NCBI GenBank assembly: GCA_963807605.1
Contig: CAWECG010000003.1
Location: forward strand, 832,001-896,000
Length of the DNA: 64,000 nt
Reading direction: 5' to 3'
DNA from: Candidatus Bathyarchaeota archaeon
GTDB lineage: Archaea; Thermoproteota; Bathyarchaeia; 40CM-2-53-6; RBG-13-38-9
The position numbers and the translations under genes are program-made. Positions 10,145-19,582 of this stretch are shown here, in pieces; positions within the stretch are counted from its first letter, which is position 1; each line of letters begins with the position of its first letter. The notes beneath the pieces were generated by a model. The model did not search any database and was not told the DNA's origin. It saw nothing but the letters and a program-made list of their open reading frames with translations.

Positions 10145-10266
10145 ACCTCTATCTACGTAAGCTCCTTATCTATGGCCAAAGCATTTTCCCGTGTTCATTA
10201 CCCGTTAATGCATATAATTGGTAGGCAAAGGTGTAACCAAGTCCGTCTCGGCAAATGTATGTGTTG

Positions 10267-10645
10267 CTACACTTCATTCAGAAGGAGTTCGACAGCCCAC
10301 TTTGCAGAGGATGCTTCCGTATTCTTCTATGAATTTGTCGTGGAGCTTTTTGGAAAGGGTCATACATTTCTCTCTCTGTCTAAGGTTTGGGAATTCTTCA
10401 CGACCATATCTGCGACTTATCGCCGCCACACCGCCTGAAAGAGCACCGCACGTCCCGTTTCCTGTGCGATCTAACCCTCCAGCCAGTCCATAGATTGCTT
10501 TGAAGATCTCATCGTTTCTTTTTCCTAGAACTTCGCTGACAGCTGCAAATACACATTGAGGGCAACTGCCATATTCTCTCCCAAAAATGAAACCTAGCTC
10601 ATAGACACGTTTCATAAAGTCTTCTTTGTTTGATTTACCAAACAT
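10267..10645 (-). pseudogene. C-GCAxxG-C-C redox protein with internal deletion and frameshift
   Basis: CPQCV, AGG, TCGALSGG, YGSILC; the expected C-terminal helix AKWAVELLLNEV* follows directly in another frame. Confidence 0.65.
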
Positions 10646-10718
10646 TTCACCATAGGTTGCGTGGGCGGCAGTAGCATGCTTGGTAAGCGCGCGATTTAAT
10701 AAAACTAGGTGAAGTTAG

Positions 10719-10890
10719 ATGAAAACTGAATGCGAGGGAGAATGTGATTCTTGCGAAGAACCGGATAATTGTGATGCTAATAGAAAATGTATATACGATG
10801 AGTAAAAGATGCTTAAGATCAGAATGGGAAAGGTGAAGCATAAGATAGCCGTAATCTGCAGCAAGGGTGGAGTTGGAAGAGCACGCGCTA
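10719..10890 (+). pseudogene. N-terminal remnant of Mrp/NBP35 (ApbC) Fe-S carrier ATPase
   Basis: CEGECDSC..C ferredoxin-like N-terminus, in-frame TAA at 10803, then VKHKIAVICSKGGVG truncated in the Walker A motif. Confidence 0.75.
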
Positions 10891-10939
10891 GTTTGTAGCT
10901 GAAGTACATGTTCCTTAGTGTCATGAGGAGGAAAATGAT

Positions 10940-11404
10940 GTGCACGCGAAACTCACGCCACCAGAGATAAGGAGCATACAACGGGTATTTTCTTTAGTCC
11001 TCCTTATCGCGATTATTCTCGTAGTTTCTTCCAGTCTGTGGTCTGAAGTCAGATTTGCAACGCCAAATCAGCAGGGCGCCACCAAGCTGATAATTGTCCT
11101 TGAGCGTGTCCATGTAGGAGTTGGCGATTCCAAAGAAATGACTATAAAAGCAGTTGACCAAGCTGGAGTCGTCGACAGAAGCCGAAATGACTTGGTGCAA
11201 CTGAACCTAATCTCGTTGAGCCGTGAAAACACCATTACCAAGCTGAGTGTCAATGAGCTTAGACTGGAAAATGGCTCAGCTAACGTGTATATTACAGGTC
11301 CCATAGCAGACCTAGTGAAGGTAACTGTAACTTGGAAGGAGGGAAGATCAAAACTTGAGCCTGGAGAGACCCTCATTCAAATTGGGAGTTTCGAAGGAAC
11401 ATGA
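10940..11404 (+). CDS. Membrane-anchored small Ig-like protein (family copy 1)
   Basis: N-terminal TM segment; AVD..G.VD..RND.V.L and L.NG.A motif shared with 14170..14634 and 22276..22635. Confidence 0.65.
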   Translation: MHAKLTPPEIRSIQRVFSLVLLIAIILVVSSSLWSEVRFATPNQQGATKLIIVLERVHVGVGDSKEMTIKAVDQAGVVDRSRNDLVQLNLISLSRENTITKLSVNELRLENGSANVYITGPIADLVKVTVTWKEGRSKLEPGETLIQIGSFEGT

Positions 11405-11513
11405 TCTACACGCACGCTTCGGCGTAGCTGGTTAGTCATTTCATATGGTTAACCAACTGGGGATAGAGTTGAGGAAGGATTCGCGCCACAGCCCTGCGAT
11501 GTAGTGAAACATA

Positions 11514-12065
11514 ATGGTATCCAAAGTTTTTGCGAAGAGAAAGGGTGACATTCTAAAAAGCCGACCACGTATCCTCGGACTTGCTATAGTAATCCTAGTT
11601 CTTGCTGGTGGAGTACTTTATTTCTTTTCGATTCAAGAGCGCCCGCGGGTTAGTTCACCCAAGTCTGTTTCTCTGACAAAAGAGCAGAAAGAGATTGATA
11701 ATTTTCTAAAGGAGTACTATCTTGCCTATGGTAATGCATCGATTACCAGGCTCATTGTGCTCTTTGACAATGATGCTATCTTGTCTGCTCCTAACGGTGC
11801 AGTATACAAAGGACTCTACGCTATAAGATCCTATTATGTAGAAGATATCGATAGCTTCTGGAACTTTACCATCGATAAAACGGCATCGACAATTGAGGTT
11901 CGAGGCAACGAAGCGTATGCAACATATAATATCAGAGTTGGACCTTGGTACATAGGTGTGACTGAGAGTGTAAAATTCTACTACAAAGATACTTTTGAAT
12001 TGAAGAGAGAAGGGGATACTTGGAAGATCACCGCATTGACGATAGAACAAACCTCAGCCAGATAA
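11514..12065 (+). CDS. Membrane-anchored NTF2/SnoaL-like protein
   Basis: TM segment, then LFDNDAILSAP..KG..AIRSYY and FELKREGDTWKIT. Confidence 0.75.
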   Translation: MVSKVFAKRKGDILKSRPRILGLAIVILVLAGGVLYFFSIQERPRVSSPKSVSLTKEQKEIDNFLKEYYLAYGNASITRLIVLFDNDAILSAPNGAVYKGLYAIRSYYVEDIDSFWNFTIDKTASTIEVRGNEAYATYNIRVGPWYIGVTESVKFYYKDTFELKREGDTWKITALTIEQTSAR

Positions 12066-12201
12066 TCGAGTTTCGTTGTCGACTCACGAATAGAACCACA
12101 CATACAAATTCGTCACTAGGAAAAGGAACTTGGTCTGAGATTCAGTTCCAAGACATACGCGCGCGAAACGTTAAGTAAGCATCAGGAGCACGTTTCTAGA
12201 G

Positions 12202-12387
12202 GTGATGAGCTTAGTGATTACTTTGAAATGTCCTATTGGCGAGTGTATCTTTGAGATAGATGCTCACACCTTTGAAGAAGCAATTAGGAAGGCTAGAGAT
12301 CACGCGAAGGCACAACACAAAATGACTGATCTCCCTCCACACATTATAGAAAAAATTGCACAAGCGTTTAAGCCCACAATATGGTGA
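12202..12387 (+). CDS. DUF1059-like small metal-binding protein
   Basis: C...C.FEI.A...EE......HA...H pattern. Confidence 0.75.
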   Translation: MMSLVITLKCPIGECIFEIDAHTFEEAIRKARDHAKAQHKMTDLPPHIIEKIAQAFKPTIW

Positions 12388-12488
12388 GCTCGCAACTCGC
12401 GTTTGTCAGTTTTCTAAAAGAAACAGTTAAGAACACTCGGTCCTCTGGTCCTGTACCGCCCACAGAATGAAGACGAGAGATACAACCC

Positions 12489-13913
12489 TTGTTAGACAGC
12501 CCCCCATTTGTGATCGCCGGCAGGCTCGGTTGTCTTATTAGGAGAAAGCAGTCAAGCTTCGCAACTTTAGAATCTCAATTGATACCTTCTGATAAAATTC
12601 TGGAAGCTCAGAATTCGTTTCGTTCACTTATAGGTGTGCGGGAAATAGAAAAGCCCACGTATGATGTTCGAAGTGATTATGTACGATACAACCAAAAGTA
12701 TAACTTGACTACAGGCAGACCATCATGGGATCCTACTCTTTGCGAGAAGCTTAAGCAAACTGAAGAACAAAATATGCATGTTCTTGCCCAAGAAAACGTA
12801 GCTGGCTACACACTCCTCGACTATGCCTTGGCAGATGCCGCATACACTGTTGCTAGCACTCTAGGCACCGATATCAACTATCCGAACTCTGGCTTCCTCT
12901 CGTGGTCTCCTCTTAGAAGACCAACTTGGGAAGATATCGGAGTAAACAAAATGCAATTTATCGACGAAGAAAAGACAGCAAGGCTAGTCAAGAAGCTAGC
13001 TATCTGGTTTGGAGCCTCTCTTGTCCGAGTGACATCACTTGACAGACGATGGGTCTATTCCCACTGGTATGATAACAGGTCAACCCCCCATAGAAACCCT
13101 CGAATAGTCTTCTCTGATGAGGCAGGCTTTGAGCAATATACTATGCCGACACAGCTTGTGGATGGAACTCAGATAATTCCCAAAGACATGAAGTATGTAA
13201 TTTCATTAGGCTTTGAGATGGATTATGACTCAATGAAGACTGCACCCACAGCGGTCGCATTTGCCGGTACTCTGATGCATGGTTATAGAACGATAATTCA
13301 GACTGCCGCTTCACTTTCAGAGTTCATTCGTGGACTCGGCTTTAACGCTATTCCTAGTTCGAACGACACAGCACTAAACGTTCCCTTAGCTATAGATGCA
13401 GGTATCGGAGAAGATGCAAGACATGGAGGATGTCTCATGTCCCCGGAATATGGTCCTAGGTTAAGGCTAGCGAAAGTGATCACAGATCTTCCGCTAGCTG
13501 TCGATAAGCCGATAACATTCGGTGTCCACGACTTCTGTGAGCAATGCGGCAAATGTGCAAGGTTATGCCCAGCCAAAGCTATTCCGCACGGTCCGAGGAC
13601 TTATGGTGAAGAGAAAAATGACGTAGATGCTCCAAACATCTCAGAGAGCAAAGGTCCTTTGCGATGGATAAATAATCAGGAGCGATGTCGAGCATATTTT
13701 GCTATAGGAGGTACAAACTGTGGTGTGTGTATTAGAGTGTGCCCTTGGAACAAACCTAGTGGGGTTTTGTACTCCCTCGCAAAATGGTTTGCGATAAATG
13801 CTGGACCCCGAACCAAGCGGATGCTCGTTGGGTTGGACGACTTATTCGGTTATGGTAGGCAGATGAGTCCTAACGAGTGGTGGGGCGAAAATCCAGTAGC
13901 CTATGGTAAGTGA
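12489..13913 (+). CDS. Reductive dehalogenase (RdhA)-like cobalamin/[4Fe-4S] protein
   Basis: K..A.WFGASLV, LDRRWVYSH, FIRGLGFNAIP, VPLAIDAGIGE, PEYGPRLRL.KV.TDLPL..DKPI.FG, FCEQCGKCARLCP and CGVCIRVCPWNK. Confidence 0.85.
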   Translation: MLDSPPFVIAGRLGCLIRRKQSSFATLESQLIPSDKILEAQNSFRSLIGVREIEKPTYDVRSDYVRYNQKYNLTTGRPSWDPTLCEKLKQTEEQNMHVLAQENVAGYTLLDYALADAAYTVASTLGTDINYPNSGFLSWSPLRRPTWEDIGVNKMQFIDEEKTARLVKKLAIWFGASLVRVTSLDRRWVYSHWYDNRSTPHRNPRIVFSDEAGFEQYTMPTQLVDGTQIIPKDMKYVISLGFEMDYDSMKTAPTAVAFAGTLMHGYRTIIQTAASLSEFIRGLGFNAIPSSNDTALNVPLAIDAGIGEDARHGGCLMSPEYGPRLRLAKVITDLPLAVDKPITFGVHDFCEQCGKCARLCPAKAIPHGPRTYGEEKNDVDAPNISESKGPLRWINNQERCRAYFAIGGTNCGVCIRVCPWNKPSGVLYSLAKWFAINAGPRTKRMLVGLDDLFGYGRQMSPNEWWGENPVAYGK

Positions 13914-14169
13914 GAATAAGATGTCAAACATGCTTGAATCTCATAGATCAATCTGATGCTAAGATCAGTATTTTTTTAGCTCAATTATTCACATGAACGT
14001 TGGCACCATTTCACTGGGAACAAATTGTGGCTAAGTTGGTGGTTAAAGGAGTACCTCAACTAACATTCACAGTCGATCAGAAGGTCGGTGCCCATGAATG
14101 TGCCTAGTGGGCGCTAACCGGAAGAGGACTCGACTAAACGCCGTATCTTCCAGTCTGCAAATCTTACTC

Positions 14170-14634
14170 TTAGTAATTCCACATCAACGGAGAGACCAGT
14201 ACCGTTGTATCTTTTAGAGGTGTTGGGCCGTCCACCCACTTCGCGGTTAAGAATGAACTTTGCTGAGAATGTACCTTTATTCCGATACTTACCTGCCCAT
14301 TCCTGAGTGTGACCCTTGACTGTTCTAGCTGTGCGGTTGTCGTGCCTTCGAAGTGCAGCTCGACTACATCGTTCCTCGTAGTATCTACTTTTCCAGACTC
14401 GTCAACAGCTGATACTATGACAGATATCTCAACTTCGCTTACAGGATTTATGACAATGCTGAGTTTGACGGCTGTAGTTTTAGCTTTTGGTGGTGTTGGC
14501 CACGAGTAGTATACAGACGTTGACACCAAAAGTATCAGAATGGTTGCTGCAACGACCGTCTGACTGATCCTGACCTTTTTCCATCTTGGAATACTTCTCA
14601 TAGTATTAGCTGGAGTGAGAAAATGTTTCCACAT
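14170..14634 (-). CDS. Membrane-anchored small Ig-like protein (family copy 2)
   Basis: TM segment plus AVDESGKVDTTRNDVVEL..LRNG. Confidence 0.65.
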   Translation of the reverse strand: MWKHFLTPANTMRSIPRWKKVRISQTVVAATILILLVSTSVYYSWPTPPKAKTTAVKLSIVINPVSEVEISVIVSAVDESGKVDTTRNDVVELHFEGTTTAQLEQSRVTLRNGQVSIGIKVHSQQSSFLTAKWVDGPTPLKDTTVLVSPLMWNY

Positions 14635-14689
14635 TCTGTTTCATCAATTCAACTGTAATTACTCAAAAAGTTCCTACCTGATGTTGATA

Positions 14690-14882
14690 TACTCCCGTCA
14701 TTCTCCACCAATACCAACATGTATTGTTATCATTCCCGGCTTAAGCTCTTATTCCTTGGGAGTTGGGACTTGGACTCGACCTCAGAACTCAGCCTAGGAG
14801 CTATAGCTGCAACAAAGATTATCAGAAATATGACTGAGAATAGTTTTTGTGCTTTCCTAACATGCATGGAATTGAGTTTCAT
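14690..14882 (-). pseudogene. Degenerate remnant of the same Ig-like membrane protein family
   Basis: MKLNSMHVRKAQKLFSVIFLII..LSSEV (stop at 14730) and a downstream IHVGIG align with the N-terminus of 10940..11404. Confidence 0.45.
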
Positions 14883-14940
14883 AGGTTCTAACCGAACTGT
14901 CTTCACAGTCGCTGTAGCTTTTGCTAGCTAGTTAACACTA

Positions 14941-16122
14941 TTAAATATGAAACACCTGTGGAGCTATCTTAACTATCGATAGTATGAACCAGATATACCA
15001 TATCATACCAGCGGACACAGCTAATGGAATAAACCACGTTCTGACTTTCTTCGATGTTCCGGTCAAATATAGGTCGATTGCCTTCTCTGGACATTGATCA
15101 ATGCAGGCTCCACATTTTATGCAATCAATGTTGGGTGCATACATTTCATCGATTGTCTGTCTTGTCATAGCGAACATTGGGCATACATATGTGCAGGAGT
15201 AGTCTTTGGTACATTTGTGTGGATCGATCTTTATGTTGAATGGAGTTATGCGTTCAATAAGGTTCAACAAGGCTCCAACTGGACATAAGATTGCGCACCA
15301 AGTTCTCTTTCCTGTCATGAAAGGCAGGATTACAGCAAACACGGCGAATACTAATATTGCACCGACCCCCCACCATAAGTACTGGACAAGCCAAGTCCAA
15401 CATAGGATGCATACGACGGGAACCGCAAATCCTACTCCCAGTAGCAGAAGGCCCATGGCTACACCGTATTTTATGTCTTTGATATCCTCTCTGAGCCCGT
15501 CTAGGGCTGGATCTTTTTCCCCGATTTCTTGATAATACCTTCTAAAGTTAGTGAGAATCCATCGTGGCTTTCCAGCCTTCCTAAACGTGTCGACGGTTCC
15601 GCCAAAATAGCAAACCCAGCCACAGAAGCCTCTGCCAAGAATTACAGCTGTCGCAAGGTAAGGAACTATTACAAGGATTGAGAGATAGAAGAAAGACGAG
15701 GGCCAAACTACGGGTATCCCTCCAACTGTTTGCATTCCCGTCTCAGCACCCCAAATAGGAATGCTAACGGTTACACTTGGGAGGTTGAAGTTGCAAGGGA
15801 CAAGAGCACTCCCTACGGTGGGCATCCCCCCATAGTAATAGACCCGCAGGTGCCCCGCAACCCATTTTGACAGTGACGTAACTCCTATAAAAGAGAAGAT
15901 TGTGATGGTTCCAATCCATGTTACGCTGGCATAATATATAACGAGTAATCTTCTAAGACGTTGAATCTTCTCGCTACGGAGAAGTGCGAAAGATGCGAGC
16001 CCTGAAAAAATTCCTAGAAAGACTCCAAGCCAAAGGTAAGACCTATAATAGATTTCAAAAATGAACAGACAGACTAGCAGACTTGCTGTGAGAGCTACTC
16101 CTCTTGTGCTTGCTGTATTCAA
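14941..16122 (-). CDS. NapH/MauN-like membrane polyferredoxin (4Fe-4S binding)
   Basis: Multiple TM helices; GRGFCGWVC and RTWCAILCPVG motifs; CTKDYSCTYVCP and CIKCGACIDQCP. Confidence 0.8.
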   Translation of the reverse strand: MNTASTRGVALTASLLVCLFIFEIYYRSYLWLGVFLGIFSGLASFALLRSEKIQRLRRLLVIYYASVTWIGTITIFSFIGVTSLSKWVAGHLRVYYYGGMPTVGSALVPCNFNLPSVTVSIPIWGAETGMQTVGGIPVVWPSSFFYLSILVIVPYLATAVILGRGFCGWVCYFGGTVDTFRKAGKPRWILTNFRRYYQEIGEKDPALDGLREDIKDIKYGVAMGLLLLGVGFAVPVVCILCWTWLVQYLWWGVGAILVFAVFAVILPFMTGKRTWCAILCPVGALLNLIERITPFNIKIDPHKCTKDYSCTYVCPMFAMTRQTIDEMYAPNIDCIKCGACIDQCPEKAIDLYLTGTSKKVRTWFIPLAVSAGMIWYIWFILSIVKIAPQVFHI

Positions 16123-16243
16123 GCCACCTACTCCTTGTTCAGCACGTTACTGATATGGCTATAACAGTTCTGATTCTTCCGAAATGTGAAGAAGCGATAT
16201 AAAACTTAGTTTTCAATAAAAAAAGGGAAATTGATGGCGTATT

Positions 16244-17140
16244 CTACGCCATCGCATAACTTAGAAGGGCTTTCGCTATCTGTATCTTGTACTTGTTCAT
16301 GCTCAGTGGTGTTGCGTTATTCAGGGCTGTCGTTACTTCGTCTGGGGTTCCGCTAACAACTACTGGAGCCACACCGCCCAATGCTGCGATTGTTCCTTTA
16401 GAGGTCGTAGCCACCGCGGCGCTGGCAAGTGCAAAGTCCCAAGACTGCCTCACTTTAGACTTCTGGAAGCTGGCCTTCGATGGTGCCTCAGGTATTGTTA
16501 CCCACGTGACGATTTCGCCTGGATTCAATACGTTCCCTAAGGTAACGTAGAAGTCCTTCATGGCTACATCCCTTGACCCACTTGGTCCCTCGATAGTCAG
16601 TGTAGCGTTTAGGGCTGTGAAAACTGTTGCTAGGTCGCTTGTGGTGATCGCGTTGCAGACCTTCTGTTCCATTATTGCAGCATATCTGTTGTCTCCGCCA
16701 GGTTGGTAACAGACTGGTCCTCCTTTCCGGTAGCAGAAGAACTCCGCCTTTCTATAGTACCAACATCTTACTTGCTGGCAGAGGTTGCCTCCTACTGTGC
16801 CCATGTTACGGAGTTGTGGTGTTGATATCTTTGCGACTGTGTCAGCGATTACTTGGTATGTGCCCTTTATTACGCTGGATTCTGCGAGGTCAGTTAGTGT
16901 TGTGAGGGCTCCTATCTTTAGGACTCCCCCGCTTGCTGTTATCTGGTCCAGTCCAGGTATGGTCTTCAGGTTTACGACTACGTCGGGTACTGGTAGGTAT
17001 TTTCTCTTCAATACGTCCAGCAGTGCTGTTCCGCCTGCAATGGGTTTTGCCTTGTCGCCGTACTTGCTCAGTAGTGATGTAGCCTCTTGGACAGTCTTGG
17101 CATCGTAGTGTGAGAATTGACTCATGAATACTAGAGACAT
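16244..17140 (-). CDS. Xanthine dehydrogenase family FAD subunit with 4Fe-4S insert (PaoB/HcrB-like)
   Basis: IAGGT.LL, IGALTTL, PQLRNMGTVGGNLCQ, RCWYYR..C.RKGG..C...C insert. Confidence 0.9.
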   Translation of the reverse strand: MSLVFMSQFSHYDAKTVQEATSLLSKYGDKAKPIAGGTALLDVLKRKYLPVPDVVVNLKTIPGLDQITASGGVLKIGALTTLTDLAESSVIKGTYQVIADTVAKISTPQLRNMGTVGGNLCQQVRCWYYRKAEFFCYRKGGPVCYQPGGDNRYAAIMEQKVCNAITTSDLATVFTALNATLTIEGPSGSRDVAMKDFYVTLGNVLNPGEIVTWVTIPEAPSKASFQKSKVRQSWDFALASAAVATTSKGTIAALGGVAPVVVSGTPDEVTTALNNATPLSMNKYKIQIAKALLSYAMA

Positions 17141-17154
17141 TCTTTCTTCATCTC

Positions 17155-19566
17155 CTATGCTTTTCCTAAGGCTTCCAGTATCTTACGTGGTTCAATGGGT
17201 ACATCGTAGAATCTCACTCCAAGAGCGTCGGCGAGGGCGTTAGCTATGACACTTTGGCAATTCACAATGGTTGCCTCCGATATTCCTTTCCCTCCACCCC
17301 AAACACCCCAAAGGTCTGGCATAGGCTTCACGATACCGAACGGGGAGATAGGTCCTGTCGATGGAGCGTGGTCAACTATCACATTGCTTGGTCCTGGAAC
17401 ATCGAGTGCTGATGGCCACTTATTCTCAAGGTGTGTTGTGGACAAGTATACGCCGTTTCCTTGGTCTTGCACCATTTGTGTGTAGAGTCCGCATCCCAAG
17501 TATTCGTTTGCCATCTCCATTTGTTGGTCGCAAGCCCAGACATTGAGAGGTCGTGTATCTGAGACGTTAACGAATTTCTCTATGACTACCTGTCCTGTGT
17601 CAGTGTTGACTAGAAGTTCAACTGCAGTACCTGCGTACATGTATAGCAGATTGAGTCGATGCCACGTTATCTTTCCACTTGGATCCACTTCTATTGGACA
17701 TGCATATCCTATACACTTCATTGTGGCTATGTCCTCTGAGTCCAGTGGGAACCAAGGTTGACCCATGCCTATGATGAATGGTTGAGTTCCTTGCATGAAA
17801 TTTGCCCATGGCAGTGCGTTCTCAGGCTTGCCCTTCACGAAGATCATTCCGTCTTTCGTGTCCAGATCCGCTGGCTTTGCCTTGAATGCTGGAGCTGCTG
17901 CAGCGTATAACTTGCTTAGGGCATCTTGACACGCAAACATTATAGCGGTTCCAGCGACGAAGGCTTGCTGGTTTGCGTAAGCTGAGCCAGTGAAGTCGAC
18001 ATAGTCAGTATCACACGCTGTGACTATGCAGTTTTCGGGAGATATATGCAATGTTTCAGCTGCTACCATTGCACCGGTTGTATTGATCTGTTGTCCTAGA
18101 TCGTGAAGACTTGCAAATATCTCGCAACCCGGGTTAGCATTCACTCTAACGTGGGCGAGTGGTTTGTCCACAAGTGGGTTTATGTAGACGTTGCCTGCGT
18201 CGATTGCTCTTCCTCTCTTCCAAGGTGCGCTTGCTGAAGCCTTTGGACTTGTCCAGTTTATGTATTGTGCGGCCTTATCGAGTGCTCCAACAGCACCGCT
18301 ACGTACTATCTCGTCTGCAATGTTTGTTTCATCGTTTACAAGGAGGTTCATTCTCTTGAACTGGTACTTGTCCATCCCTATTTTTTCAGCTAGCATGTCC
18401 ATGGCTGAGTTTACAGCGAAACATATTTCTTGGTGTGCGAATGTGTGCATGTTCTGCATCGGTGTCTCATTTGTGTAGACTGCGAAGCTGTCGTATCGGA
18501 AGTTCGGGAATCGCCAGGTGCCGGTAAACTGGAAATATGCATTTCTTACGACGCTAGCACCGAATCTTCCCCACGCTCCGTTTGCATCGTATACTGTACA
18601 CTGACCTGAGGTTAGTGTTCCATCTTTCTTGGCTCCGACTTTGAAGTAGAATATCCAACGTGGCCTACAGGTTATTTGTGTAGCTTCGTCTCTGGTAAAC
18701 TGCATTTTAACTGGTCTTCCTGTTTTTAGTGTAAGCCAGCCTCCACGAGATGACACGTGAACATAGCTTCTGTTACCGTATGCCCCAGCGACCTTTCTGG
18801 GAACGTGCGCTCTACACTTGCTCATAGGCATGTTCATGGCGCCTGCGAATACTGGGTAGAGGTTTTGCCAGATAGACTGACTTTCCTCAAGCGTGTTTAG
18901 TCTACCGTCTCCTGGATCTATCCATGTGATTGCGCAGTTTGGTCCGGGTACTGTGTGATTGACTCTGGCGACATTCCACGTCCCTTCCACAATCGCATCT
19001 GCATCTGCAAATCCTTTGTCAGCATCTCCAGCGATGCCTATTGTTGCGTTTATCAGGTTCGGTCTCTCGTCGTAGAACCTTGACTTTACCAGTTTAGGCG
19101 TGTGCAGTACAACAGGTGGATTGGCGCTTGCTTGCGCTTCGACGTCGAGACCTAATGGGAGTTCATCATATTCTACCTTTATCGCATCTACAGCTGCCTG
19201 AGCAATCTCAGGTGTCTCCGCCGCAACGAGGGCAATCGGTTCCATGTAATAGTTGACTTCTCCTCTCCCGATAATTGGTTCATCCCCAAACATTCTCACA
19301 TCAGGAATATCATCTGCTGTGAGGACTGCTGCTACGCCTGGCATGGCTTTCGCCGCGCTGGTGTCTAGGGTTCTGATCTTGGCGTGTGCTACTGTTGCGG
19401 TCTTAATTCTTCCGTAGAGCATCTGAGGCATCATCATGTCTTGAATGTATTCCATGGTTCCTGTTACTATGCCGACTGCATCAGAATTCCATGTAGTTCG
19501 AACTCCCATGTACTTCTGTCCGTCGGGTTTACCTTCCCAAGTATATGTGTTAATTTCTGGTGCCAT
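17155..19566 (-). CDS. Xanthine dehydrogenase family molybdopterin-binding large subunit
   Basis: AHAKI..LDTSAAKAMPGV.AVLTA.D, VAAET..A..A, K.G.KKDG.L, DLGQ, GKGISE, NALADALGVR. Confidence 0.9.
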   Translation of the reverse strand: MAPEINTYTWEGKPDGQKYMGVRTTWNSDAVGIVTGTMEYIQDMMMPQMLYGRIKTATVAHAKIRTLDTSAAKAMPGVAAVLTADDIPDVRMFGDEPIIGRGEVNYYMEPIALVAAETPEIAQAAVDAIKVEYDELPLGLDVEAQASANPPVVLHTPKLVKSRFYDERPNLINATIGIAGDADKGFADADAIVEGTWNVARVNHTVPGPNCAITWIDPGDGRLNTLEESQSIWQNLYPVFAGAMNMPMSKCRAHVPRKVAGAYGNRSYVHVSSRGGWLTLKTGRPVKMQFTRDEATQITCRPRWIFYFKVGAKKDGTLTSGQCTVYDANGAWGRFGASVVRNAYFQFTGTWRFPNFRYDSFAVYTNETPMQNMHTFAHQEICFAVNSAMDMLAEKIGMDKYQFKRMNLLVNDETNIADEIVRSGAVGALDKAAQYINWTSPKASASAPWKRGRAIDAGNVYINPLVDKPLAHVRVNANPGCEIFASLHDLGQQINTTGAMVAAETLHISPENCIVTACDTDYVDFTGSAYANQQAFVAGTAIMFACQDALSKLYAAAAPAFKAKPADLDTKDGMIFVKGKPENALPWANFMQGTQPFIIGMGQPWFPLDSEDIATMKCIGYACPIEVDPSGKITWHRLNLLYMYAGTAVELLVNTDTGQVVIEKFVNVSDTRPLNVWACDQQMEMANEYLGCGLYTQMVQDQGNGVYLSTTHLENKWPSALDVPGPSNVIVDHAPSTGPISPFGIVKPMPDLWGVWGGGKGISEATIVNCQSVIANALADALGVRFYDVPIEPRKILEALGKA

Positions 19567-19582
19567 TTTTTCTCATACCTCC

